The notes under the pieces were generated by a model that ran no database searches, was not told the DNA's origin, and saw only the letters and a program-made list of their open reading frames with translations. From NCBI GenBank assembly GCA_026391215.1, contig JAPLDX010000058.1, positions 32,001-96,000 on the forward strand: a stretch of DNA of 64,000 bases. The letters are read 5' to 3'. The position numbers were made by a program, and so were the translations under genes. This document shows positions 50,449 through 59,134 of this stretch, piece by piece (the stretch's first letter is position 1; every line of letters begins with the position of its first letter). Source of the stretch: Bacteroidia bacterium (lineage in GTDB: Bacteria > Bacteroidota > Bacteroidia > Bacteroidales > VadinHA17).

Positions 50449-50475
50449 TGCAACCATTTATTTTTATGGTATGTC
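50449..50475 (+). promoter_or_regulatory. Putative ECF promoter TGCAACC-N16-TGTC
   Basis: Same motif as at 9889-9914 and 7705-7730, directly upstream of a second ECF sigma gene. Confidence 0.65.
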
Positions 50476-50494
50476 TTCAAAATGTCCTCAGTTT

Positions 50495-51058
50495 ATGATG
50501 AGTGACGGGCAATTAATAGAGGGTTGCGCCAGACATGACAGAAAAGCGCAGCAGGAGTTGTACAACAGGTACTCTGGTTTTTTGCTTGGTGTGTGCATGA
50601 GATATGCAACTGATAAAGCTGAGGCAGAAGATATTTTGCAGGAAAGTTTTTTAAAGATTTTTTTCAATATAAAGGATTTTTCAGGAACGGGTTCTTTTAT
50701 AGGCTGGTTGAGGAAGATTGCAGTGAATACAGCAATAACTCATTATCATAAACACCTTAAGTTCAGATATCATATTGAAATTGAGGAGTTTATATCAGTT
50801 GAAACGGGGGTTTCAAGTTTTGAGGAAGACCTCTTTACATCTGATGAGTTGTATAAGGTTCTGAATGAACTGCCTGCAGGCTACAGAATGGTGTTTAACC
50901 TATATGCGGTTGAAGGATATAAGCATAAAGAGATAGCCGAAATGCTGGGTATCGATACAAATACATCGAAATCGCAGTACAGCAGGGCAAAAGGAGTGAT
51001 TAGGGAAAAGCTTGAAAAACTTCGTAAGCTGAAAGGCAAATATCCTGCAAGTGATTAA
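50495..51058 (+). CDS. ECF RNA polymerase sigma factor (start corrected to MMSD)
   Basis: AEDILQE, FIGWLRKIAVN, LPAGYR...EGYKHKEIA...TSKSQYSRAK. Confidence 0.95.
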   Translation: MMSDGQLIEGCARHDRKAQQELYNRYSGFLLGVCMRYATDKAEAEDILQESFLKIFFNIKDFSGTGSFIGWLRKIAVNTAITHYHKHLKFRYHIEIEEFISVETGVSSFEEDLFTSDELYKVLNELPAGYRMVFNLYAVEGYKHKEIAEMLGIDTNTSKSQYSRAKGVIREKLEKLRKLKGKYPASD

Positions 51059-51084
51059 TGAACAGAGATTGAATTTTTATAATA

Positions 51085-52416
51085 GTGAAAAGGAAGAAAG
51101 AAGATAAGGCATTGAATGAATTATTCCGGCAAAAGCTTGGAAATGCAGAGATAATTCCTTCGCCTTCTGTCAGCAAAGCGATGATGCGCAGGCTTGCAAG
51201 AAGAGAATTTCTCCATTTCAATACGGTCAGACTTAATATCTGGTACGCCAGCGGTGTAGTTGTAATCGGAGCTGCTCTTGCACTTATTCTTTCTTCCGGT
51301 CCTGGGAGCAATGATCAGAAACTACTATCCCCGGTTTCAGGCACGATCAATGAGACAGGTGTAATTAATGACAGGACCACGGATAAAACCGGTCTTCCGG
51401 ATGTGAAGCAAGCCGTTGATACGAGGGATTCACGGGTGAAAGTGAATGTCAGCTCTAAAAAGCCATCCACGAGAATTGATGATGATGGGATTATAAAGGA
51501 AAATCCAGAAAAGAAAGAAAATATTGTCTCCCCCACAGAGGTACCTTCCATTCCTGAAGGAGGTCTGTTCAAGGATGTCATTACTGAAAAGAACAAGATT
51601 CAGCCTGGTGCAAGAAAGATTGATAACCTGATCGGAGCATCTGTTACGGAAGGATGCACTCCGCTTAAAGTTATTTTTAAAAACAGGGCACTGTCATACG
51701 ATTCCTGCAGATGGACATTTGGTGACGGTGGTCATTCGTACGATAAAAATCCTGAATGGTTATTTGATGTTGAAGGGGAATATGAAGTTATCCTTCAGGT
51801 CTTTAATCATACTGGCAACCAATCATTATCTTCACTTATTATTAATGTTCATCCTAATCCTGCAGCACGTTTTGAGATTACTCCCGAGAATGCCCTGATA
51901 CCTGACAATGAAATAACTTTCCTTAATTATTCTACAAACGCTGAAAAATACAATTGGGATTTCGGTGATGGGAGCACATCGGAACTCTTTGAACCCAAGC
52001 ACTCTTACAGCAGGTATGGAAATCTTAATGTCAGGCTGATAGCCTCTTCAGAATATGGATGTTCCGACTCACTTGTTGTTCTTAATGCATTTGGATCAGG
52101 ATACTATATCCGGTTCCCGAATGCATTTATGCCAAATCCAAATGGACCATCAGGTGGTTATTATTCCGCCAGTAGTGATGAATTCGCATACGTATTTCAC
52201 CCAGTGTGTTCAGGAGTATCCGACTATCAGCTGAGAATATTCAGCAGGAGGGGAATACTGGTCTTTGAAAGCAACGATGTGAATATTGGATGGGATGGTT
52301 ATTATAAAGGTCAGTTTAGCGATCCCGGTGTATATATCTGGAAAGTACGAGGAAATTATATAAACGGGGAACCATTTACATTAATGGGTGATGTCACACT
52401 AATGAAGAATAAATAG
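51085..52416 (+). CDS. Anti-sigma-like membrane protein with 2 PKD domains and T9SS type B C-terminal domain
   Basis: LNELFRQKLGNAEIIPS N-terminus, one TM at aa ~50-71, WTFGDG/WDFGDG PKDs, FPNAFMPN...IFSRRG...GWDG...PGVYIW...GDVTLMK. Confidence 0.8.
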   Translation: MKRKKEDKALNELFRQKLGNAEIIPSPSVSKAMMRRLARREFLHFNTVRLNIWYASGVVVIGAALALILSSGPGSNDQKLLSPVSGTINETGVINDRTTDKTGLPDVKQAVDTRDSRVKVNVSSKKPSTRIDDDGIIKENPEKKENIVSPTEVPSIPEGGLFKDVITEKNKIQPGARKIDNLIGASVTEGCTPLKVIFKNRALSYDSCRWTFGDGGHSYDKNPEWLFDVEGEYEVILQVFNHTGNQSLSSLIINVHPNPAARFEITPENALIPDNEITFLNYSTNAEKYNWDFGDGSTSELFEPKHSYSRYGNLNVRLIASSEYGCSDSLVVLNAFGSGYYIRFPNAFMPNPNGPSGGYYSASSDEFAYVFHPVCSGVSDYQLRIFSRRGILVFESNDVNIGWDGYYKGQFSDPGVYIWKVRGNYINGEPFTLMGDVTLMKNK

Positions 52417-52449
52417 TATTCTTCTGAGATTCCCTGAAATCCGGCTTTT

Positions 52450-52500
52450 GCATTCATCATTCAAAACCGGACGTTCATCACAATTAAACCTCCATTCATT
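52450..52500 (+). promoter_or_regulatory. Three LytTR-type direct repeats with 21-bp period
   Basis: TTCAT cores at 52453, 52474, 52495 (GCATTCATC / ACGTTCATC / CCATTCATT). Confidence 0.6.
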
Positions 52501-52594
52501 AAAAAACTTAATGAAACATATCACTTTTGACGGAAATTTTCGTTAAAATGAATGATTTATGATCGGATTTCACTATTTTCGTCAACCTAAACCA

Positions 52595-53602
52595 ATGGGA
52601 GTGACATTGCTGAGGAGGATTATATATATATGTTTACTGACTTTTCTCCTGTTTTTAGATGGTTTTAGTCAGGATCCGACATTCTCTCAATTTTATGCCA
52701 ATCCGCTTTATTTATCACCATCTTTTGCCGGTGCCACTGAGGAATACCGCCTTGGAATGAATTACAGGGACCAATGGCCGGCAATCCCCGGGGTATTCCG
52801 TACATACAGCATTTCGTTCGATAAAGCAATGATCAATTTCAATTCAGGAATTGGTGTTCTTGCAACATATGATGTTGCAGGTACCGGAGAATTGAGCACA
52901 ACAAATATCGGACTTCTTTATTCCTACGATTTCAATATCAACAGGGAATGGCATATCAGGCCGGGAGTGAACTTCAAATTTTATTACCTGGGTCTCGATC
53001 TTGCAGCACTCACATGGAGCAGCAGTTTAAGAGGAGGGGGAACACCTTCACCTACAATTCATCCTCCTGCGTTTGATAAAGTTGCTGACGTCGATTTTGC
53101 AACATCCGCTCTGGTTTATAACGACAGATACTGGGGAGGTTTTACTCTTGACCATCTCCTGGTGCCCAAAACATCATTCTATGGTACAGAAGGCACCACT
53201 GTGCCGATTAAATTCAACCTCTATGGAGGTATGCAGATCATTAAAAAAACAAGGCTGAGAACCAAACTAAAGGAGGTGCTTTCAGTTGCATTTAATTTCC
53301 AGACACAGGCTAAGTTTTTCCAGACAGATATCGGATTATATTATTATAAAGATCCTCTGATTTTCGGATTATGGTACAGGGGAATCCCTCTCATAACATC
53401 CCAGGCAGGAGATGCAATAATAGGACTTGTGGGTATCAAAACCAATCAGCTTCATATTGGATATAGTTACGATTTCACTATCTCGAACCTGATCAGCTCA
53501 TCAGCCGGAGCTCACGAAATCTCTCTTATTTATGAATTCACATCATTTACTGTCGGCTCACAACGAAAAAAGATCAGAGCTCTTCCCTGCCCGGAATTTT
53601 AA
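52595..53602 (+). CDS. PorP/SprF family T9SS outer-membrane protein
   Basis: QDPTFSQFYANPLYLSPSFAG, NYRDQWP, GYSYDFT, GAHEISL, terminal PCPEF. Confidence 0.92.
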   Translation: MGVTLLRRIIYICLLTFLLFLDGFSQDPTFSQFYANPLYLSPSFAGATEEYRLGMNYRDQWPAIPGVFRTYSISFDKAMINFNSGIGVLATYDVAGTGELSTTNIGLLYSYDFNINREWHIRPGVNFKFYYLGLDLAALTWSSSLRGGGTPSPTIHPPAFDKVADVDFATSALVYNDRYWGGFTLDHLLVPKTSFYGTEGTTVPIKFNLYGGMQIIKKTRLRTKLKEVLSVAFNFQTQAKFFQTDIGLYYYKDPLIFGLWYRGIPLITSQAGDAIIGLVGIKTNQLHIGYSYDFTISNLISSSAGAHEISLIYEFTSFTVGSQRKKIRALPCPEF

Positions 53603-53646
53603 TTTACGGCCGGACCCTTTACCATATAATTTTAATTTCAGGCTGC

Positions 53647-53676
53647 TTATAGTGCTATTTGTTATAGTGCTATTTG
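53647..53676 (+). repeat. Perfect 15-bp tandem duplication in a promoter region
   Basis: TTATAGTGCTATTTG x2, just upstream of a TATATTTG -7 box. Confidence 0.8.
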
Positions 53677-53728
53677 TTTAATTGTTATATTTGCGCCTGA
53701 CTATTGTTTAACAAATATTTATTGGACG

Positions 53729-54331
53729 ATGAAGAAACTTTCTGTTATACTGTTTTCTGTTATATTCCTGGCTATAGCGCTTCTATATTTCTTCTATTTC
53801 ACAGGAATTGCAAAAGGTAAAAAAAGCGATAAAAAACCAGAGCAGTCTGAAGTTGCAGCTGCAGGAATAGCATATGTAAATGTAGATAGCCTTATCACTA
53901 AGTTCGATATGTTCTTTGATCGCAGGGATGAACTGATGGAAAAGCAGAATAAAGCCGAAGCCGAACTAAATTCAAAGGCAGGTCAGTATGAAAAAAATGC
54001 AAGGGATTATCAGGAAAAGGTAACAAAGGGACTTGTAACAAGAGCCACAGCAGCAGAAATGGAACAGGCCCTTATGCAGCAGCAGCAGGAACTGATGAAC
54101 CTTCGTGATAACCTTCAGTCGAATCTTCTTGAAGAGGAACAGGTTATGAACAGGCAGATACTTGAGTACATTACCTCTTTTCTTGAGGAGAGCAAATCGG
54201 AATACAATTATCAGTATATTCTGGGCAAGAGCTTTGGCGGCCAGGTTCTCTATGGAGATTCCGCTCTTGACATCACACAAAAAGTGCTTGATGCGATAAA
54301 TGCCAAGTATCAGGCAGAGAATAAAAAATAA
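53729..54331 (+). CDS. OmpH/Skp family protein (N-terminally anchored paralog)
   Basis: IAYVNVDSL, coiled coil, YQYIL...LDITQKVL. Confidence 0.85.
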   Translation: MKKLSVILFSVIFLAIALLYFFYFTGIAKGKKSDKKPEQSEVAAAGIAYVNVDSLITKFDMFFDRRDELMEKQNKAEAELNSKAGQYEKNARDYQEKVTKGLVTRATAAEMEQALMQQQQELMNLRDNLQSNLLEEEQVMNRQILEYITSFLEESKSEYNYQYILGKSFGGQVLYGDSALDITQKVLDAINAKYQAENKK

Positions 54332-54333
54332 TC

Positions 54334-55605
54334 ATGGGTTTCGCCTCGTCATGGCTGAACCAGAGGGCTTTATTCCCTGAAATTATAGAAGAGGCGCCTG
54401 ATAATCAAACAGGTATCATAGTTGTTGTACCTGCTTTTGATGAACCGATAGTCACTCCTCTCCTCAATTCCCTTAGTTCATGTACGGATCCGGAATGTAA
54501 AACTGAGGTGCTGTTCATAGTAAATGCACCGAAAGATGCGTCAGCTGAAAGCATGATCAACAATGAAAAGTGCATTCAGAACATAGAGAGCTGGAAAAAT
54601 AGTAACAAAAGTTTTTTCCGGCTTTTTGTTTTTGATGCGGGGCAATCCCAGAAAGAAGGATGGGGGGTGGGGCTGGCAAGAAAAACAGGTATGGATGAAG
54701 CAGTCCGGCGATTCAGTTCAATAGAGAAACCTGATGGTGTGATAGTCTGTCTTGATGCAGACTGTACTGTGGAACAGAATTATTTTACTTCAATCTGTAA
54801 TAAGCTTCTGAAGAATAAGGAACATACTGCATGTTCAGTATATTATGAACATCCCCTTGCAGGAGGAGAATTCCCTGAGAGGATATACAGGTATATTGTA
54901 CAATATGAGCTTCACATGAGGTATTTTGTTCAGGGTCTTAAATACGCAGGATTTCCTTATGCATTTCATACTGTCGGATCTGCCCTGGCTGTAAAAGCGC
55001 TTCAATATGTCAAAGCAGGAGGGATGAATCGCAGGCAGGCAGGCGAAGACTTTTATTTTGTTCAGAAGCTGATCCCGTCAGGAGGTTATTTTGCACTTAA
55101 TACGACGACAGTTTACCCATCACCAAGAGAATCTTTCAGAGTGCCATTTGGAACAGGAGTGATGATGGCCAGGCTTATGGTTGAAGCGGAAGAGCAGCTC
55201 ATGACTTTTAATGTTGATGCTTTCAGAGAGCTGCGGATATTTTTTGATATTGCTGAAAAATTGTATGAAGCCGGCAAACTTGAAATAATGGATCTTTATA
55301 AGATGCTTCCACCTGGAGTTAAGTCCTTTATTGAGGCAAATGAATGGGCAGAAAAAATCTCAGAGATAACAACCAATACCTCCTCGCATGAATCATTCAT
55401 GAAAAGGTTTTTCAACTGGTTCAACATGTTCAGGATAGTAAAGTATTTGAATTATGTTCATACAGGGGTATTCAATAAAAAAGCAGTTGCAGATTCTGCC
55501 TTTGAGCTTCTCGGAATTTCAGGATCGCACTTCGCTTCGTCAGGTCCCTTGGAACTGCTGTTATATTACAGATCGCTGGAAAAAGATGCACCGGGGAGAG
55601 ATTAA
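54334..55605 (+). CDS. GT-A fold glycosyltransferase (family 2-like)
   Basis: VVVPAFDE, GVGLARKTGMD, DAD, GGM...AGEDFYF. Confidence 0.75.
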   Translation: MGFASSWLNQRALFPEIIEEAPDNQTGIIVVVPAFDEPIVTPLLNSLSSCTDPECKTEVLFIVNAPKDASAESMINNEKCIQNIESWKNSNKSFFRLFVFDAGQSQKEGWGVGLARKTGMDEAVRRFSSIEKPDGVIVCLDADCTVEQNYFTSICNKLLKNKEHTACSVYYEHPLAGGEFPERIYRYIVQYELHMRYFVQGLKYAGFPYAFHTVGSALAVKALQYVKAGGMNRRQAGEDFYFVQKLIPSGGYFALNTTTVYPSPRESFRVPFGTGVMMARLMVEAEEQLMTFNVDAFRELRIFFDIAEKLYEAGKLEIMDLYKMLPPGVKSFIEANEWAEKISEITTNTSSHESFMKRFFNWFNMFRIVKYLNYVHTGVFNKKAVADSAFELLGISGSHFASSGPLELLLYYRSLEKDAPGRD

Positions 55606-55940
55606 TTATTCTTTCTGCTGATTTCCCGGTCCTCCCGGGGAGTGAGTATTATATAAAGATCTTCGTCAGGTTTTTTCATGCGATATTGTTCCCTGGCAAA
55701 TTTCTCCAGGTTCTCATTGTTTGTCTTAAGCTCCCTGAGCTTCTTCCTGTCAATCTCAACCTTATTTAAATAATACTCCCTTTCACTCTTCAGCTTTTTA
55801 AGCTCCCGGATCTCTTTGTACCTGGATATCAGGTTATTTGAATCCAGAAATAATAACCATATCAGGAAGATAAGGATTGTAAGAATATATTTATTCCTGA
55901 AAATTACCGGGATCTTGTCTATGAACTTAAACCTTAACAT
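55602..55940 (-). CDS. ftsB: Septum formation initiator (FtsB/DivIC family)
   Basis: TM, coiled coil, LEKFAREQYRMKKPDED. Confidence 0.88.
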   Translation of the reverse strand: MLRFKFIDKIPVIFRNKYILTILIFLIWLLFLDSNNLISRYKEIRELKKLKSEREYYLNKVEIDRKKLRELKTNNENLEKFAREQYRMKKPDEDLYIILTPREDREISRKNN

Positions 55941-55966
55941 TCTTATGCAAACCTACAACTATTTTT

Positions 55967-56170
55967 TTATCCTCCGCTCATGAGGTAGAGCATCTGAACA
56001 TTATCTCCTTCATGGATAATCGTGGTATCATATTTCTCTTTAGGTATCAGTGAACCGTTAATCTTTATTATTCTCATCCTGAATGAGAATTTCTTCAGTT
56101 CAATCATCCTGGTGACGCTTATTGTCTCCTCCGCGAATTCCTCTTTCCTGTTATTCAGTATTATTTTCAT
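55967..56170 (-). CDS. thiS: ThiS/MoaD-type sulfur carrier protein
   Basis: Ubiquitin-like size, ING...GDNV, C-terminal GG. Confidence 0.9.
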   Translation of the reverse strand: MKIILNNRKEEFAEETISVTRMIELKKFSFRMRIIKINGSLIPKEKYDTTIIHEGDNVQMLYLMSGG

Positions 56171-56184
56171 AAACGTCAATGTTC

Positions 56185-56772
56185 TTATTTCTTAAGCATC
56201 AGGATCTCGATAACTGTATTTGCCTGCATGTTTGCAACAATACCAACCCTTGGTGCCATTGGAGGAAAGTCTTCACCGGCAGTTGTCAGTTCATCGCCAC
56301 AGATGTAAAGGGTATCATCAATCTTCCTTGATCTTATGCTTTCATTGTTCCCGTAGCCGGCAAGCCCTGAACCGATAATTACCGGAATCCCCGGCATTTT
56401 TAGCTGGATTGTCTCAATAAGCATTTCCTTCATTTCGTCACTGTCAAAAGCTTCAACAATGACATTACAACCAGCAAAAACCCCTGGTATATTCGATATA
56501 TCCAGCGTTACACAGTGAGTAATTACGCTTACATTCGGATTGATACGCAAAATATTTTCTTTAATTGCATCGGTTTTCAGCATTCCTTCCTGATCAGAAA
56601 AATAGTACTGACGGTTCAGGTTTGCCGGTTCAACTACATCAAAATCAGCTATGACCAATGTTCCGATGCCGCACCTGGCAAGTGCAACGGCACAGTTTGA
56701 TCCAAGTCCTCCTGCCCCTGCTATCCCGACACGGAATTTACGAAGATGTGATTCAATTTCAGAAAATCTCAT
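56185..56772 (-). CDS. thiF: ThiF/MoeB family sulfur-carrier adenylyltransferase
   Basis: GAGGLGS, DFDVVE..NLNRQ, EAFD, MAPRV. Confidence 0.9.
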   Translation of the reverse strand: MRFSEIESHLRKFRVGIAGAGGLGSNCAVALARCGIGTLVIADFDVVEPANLNRQYYFSDQEGMLKTDAIKENILRINPNVSVITHCVTLDISNIPGVFAGCNVIVEAFDSDEMKEMLIETIQLKMPGIPVIIGSGLAGYGNNESIRSRKIDDTLYICGDELTTAGEDFPPMAPRVGIVANMQANTVIEILMLKK

Positions 56773-56870
56773 TAAAACAGATCATTATGAATACAGTAAC
56801 AAATATACGATTTGTAAAATATGTTGTAATGTTGAAAAACTGTAAGAAACTAACAATACCGGTAACTTAT

Positions 56871-56900
56871 TGACTTATCTCATACTGACTTATATCATAC
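56871..56900 (+). promoter_or_regulatory. Tandem 15-bp repeat, each copy with TGA-N6-TCA (Crp/Fnr-like)
   Basis: TGACTTATCTCATAC TGACTTATATCATAC upstream of the TAACTTTG -7 box at 56921. Confidence 0.55.
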
Positions 56901-56973
56901 TGAACCTGACTGAAATTTCGTAACTTTGACTTATTGGTCATTACTGCAGCAATAAACTTAAAATTGAATATTT

Positions 56974-59127
56974 ATGGATATCGGATCGATTAAAGCCCAG
57001 CACAAGCTTTTAAAGGAGTGGAAATACAATTGGACTCCACTTGACAAAGGCTATACAGACAAGATCCTCTATATAAATGTTGGTACTACAGAGATAAAGG
57101 CTAAGAATGTTCCTCCAGTGATGAAAGAAAAATTTATTGGAGGGAAGGGATATGGACTAAGGCTCCTCTGGGATGCAACAAAACCTGACACTGCATGGGA
57201 TAGCCCTGATAATGAGATAATTATTTCATCAGGTCCTATTGGCGGCATAACGCAATACTCCGGATCCGGCAAATCACTGGTGGTAAGCCTTTCACCCCAG
57301 ACCGGCTCCGTTATGGACAGTAATGTAGGCGGTTTTTTTGGCCCTTTCCTTAAGTTCTCAGGTTTTGATGCCCTCGAGATGCAGGGCAAAGCTGAGAAAA
57401 ACGTGATAGTATTCATTGATGGGATAAATCATAAAGTGGAGATATTTGAAGCTCCGGCCGAAGCCATTGACAGTCATGTCCTGGCAGAACAGTTAACGGA
57501 GATGTTTGCCGATAATGACAGTGAAAAGAAGAATATCGGGGTAGTCTCTTCAGGATCAGCAGCTGAACATTCTCTTATAGGTATGCTCAACTTCAGCTTT
57601 TATGACTTAAAACGAAAGAAAGTCCGTATGAAGCAGGCCGGAAGGGGAGGTATAGGAACAGTCTTCCGTAATAAAAAGATCAAGGCTCTGGTATGTAAAA
57701 TTCCAGGCGTAAAAGGGAATCTTAATAATGTAGTTGATCTTGAGGTAATTATGGAAAGGGGCAGAAGATTCAACAAGGAGATCCGTGAGCTTGATGATAA
57801 GCAGTGCCAGATGCGTCAGGTAGGTACGGCGCACCTGATGGAAATAATGAATGACCATGATCTTCTTCCTGTACATAATTACAAGTTTGGCAGTCACCCC
57901 GATGCATATAAGATCGATTCATCGGTGTGGAAGAATAACTTCACCCAGAATAACCCGGATGGCTGCTGGGTAGGCTGTAATATGTCGTGCTGTAAGGCAG
58001 TCGACGATTTTGAAATAAAGACTGGTCCCTATAAAGGGAAAAAGGTGATCGTCGATGGTCCGGAGTATGAAAATGCGGCCGGACTTGGGTCAAACTGCGG
58101 TATTTTTGATCCCGGGTATATTATTGAAACGAATTTTTACTGTGATACATACGGTATCTGTACAATAACATGGAGCACTCTCACGGCATTCATAATGGAA
58201 TGCTATGAGAATGGTATCCTGAACAAAGAGAGAACAGGCGGCCTTGAATTGAAATTTGGAAATTCTGCCGCTGCTCTTGAGCTTATCCATCAGCTGGCAC
58301 GCGGTGAGGGATTCGGCAAGATAGCAGGATTGGGAGTCCGCAAGATGAAAGAGCTGTTTATCAAAAACGAATGGGGCGACGCAGGTTTTCTCAATGATAT
58401 TGGGATGGAAAACAAAGGCCTTGAGTATTCACAGTACATGTCGAAGGAATCTCTTGCCCAGCAGGGAGGATTCGCACTTACAAACAAAGGGCCCCAGCAC
58501 GATGAGGCATGGCTTATATTCATGGATATGGTCAACAACCAGATACCAACCTTTGAAAATAAAGCCGAAGCGCTTCATTATTTCCCTATGTTCAGGACAT
58601 GGTTCGGACTTGTCGGATTATGCAAGCTCCCGTGGAATGACGTTGAGCCTGAAAACAATGCCCAAACTGCTGAACCTGCAAAAGTGCCGGAACATGTTGA
58701 TAACTATGTGACTATCTATAAGGCAGTTACAGGCCGTGAGTTCGACAAGAAGAGGCTTATTGAAGATTCAGAAAGAGTATATAATTTCCAGCGGGTATTT
58801 AACCTCCGGCGCGGATTTGGAACCAGGAAGTGGGACAGGCAGCCCTATCGTGCTGCCGGACCTGTGACAAAGGAAGAATACGAATCGAGAGCTGAACGAT
58901 ATGACAAGCAGCTAAAAGAAAAGGTAAATATTGATCCCGCCGGAAAAACCACCGAGAAGAAATTGAAGATCATGCGTAAATACAGGGAGGATCAGTATGA
59001 AGGGCTTCTTGATGCTGTTTACCTGAGGCGCGGATGGAACAACAACGGAGTGCCTAAAATTGAGTTCCTGAAAAAGATAGGAATGGACTTTCCCGAAGTG
59101 ATTGAAGTTGTCAGCAACTATCAATAG
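56974..59127 (+). CDS. Aldehyde:ferredoxin oxidoreductase family (W/Mo-bis-pterin) enzyme
   Basis: IGGKGYG, SPQTG..DSNVGG, AGRGGIG..F..K.IKA, CWVGCNMSC, GPEYE, CDTYG, GLCKLPW, YLRRGW..GVP. Confidence 0.92.
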   Translation: MDIGSIKAQHKLLKEWKYNWTPLDKGYTDKILYINVGTTEIKAKNVPPVMKEKFIGGKGYGLRLLWDATKPDTAWDSPDNEIIISSGPIGGITQYSGSGKSLVVSLSPQTGSVMDSNVGGFFGPFLKFSGFDALEMQGKAEKNVIVFIDGINHKVEIFEAPAEAIDSHVLAEQLTEMFADNDSEKKNIGVVSSGSAAEHSLIGMLNFSFYDLKRKKVRMKQAGRGGIGTVFRNKKIKALVCKIPGVKGNLNNVVDLEVIMERGRRFNKEIRELDDKQCQMRQVGTAHLMEIMNDHDLLPVHNYKFGSHPDAYKIDSSVWKNNFTQNNPDGCWVGCNMSCCKAVDDFEIKTGPYKGKKVIVDGPEYENAAGLGSNCGIFDPGYIIETNFYCDTYGICTITWSTLTAFIMECYENGILNKERTGGLELKFGNSAAALELIHQLARGEGFGKIAGLGVRKMKELFIKNEWGDAGFLNDIGMENKGLEYSQYMSKESLAQQGGFALTNKGPQHDEAWLIFMDMVNNQIPTFENKAEALHYFPMFRTWFGLVGLCKLPWNDVEPENNAQTAEPAKVPEHVDNYVTIYKAVTGREFDKKRLIEDSERVYNFQRVFNLRRGFGTRKWDRQPYRAAGPVTKEEYESRAERYDKQLKEKVNIDPAGKTTEKKLKIMRKYREDQYEGLLDAVYLRRGWNNNGVPKIEFLKKIGMDFPEVIEVVSNYQ

Positions 59128-59134
59128 ATGAGAT

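Noticed and set aside
55967-56772. Thiamine biosynthesis operon or TPP riboswitch
   Set aside because: No other thi genes and no recognisable TPP aptamer; the context is pterin cofactor genes.
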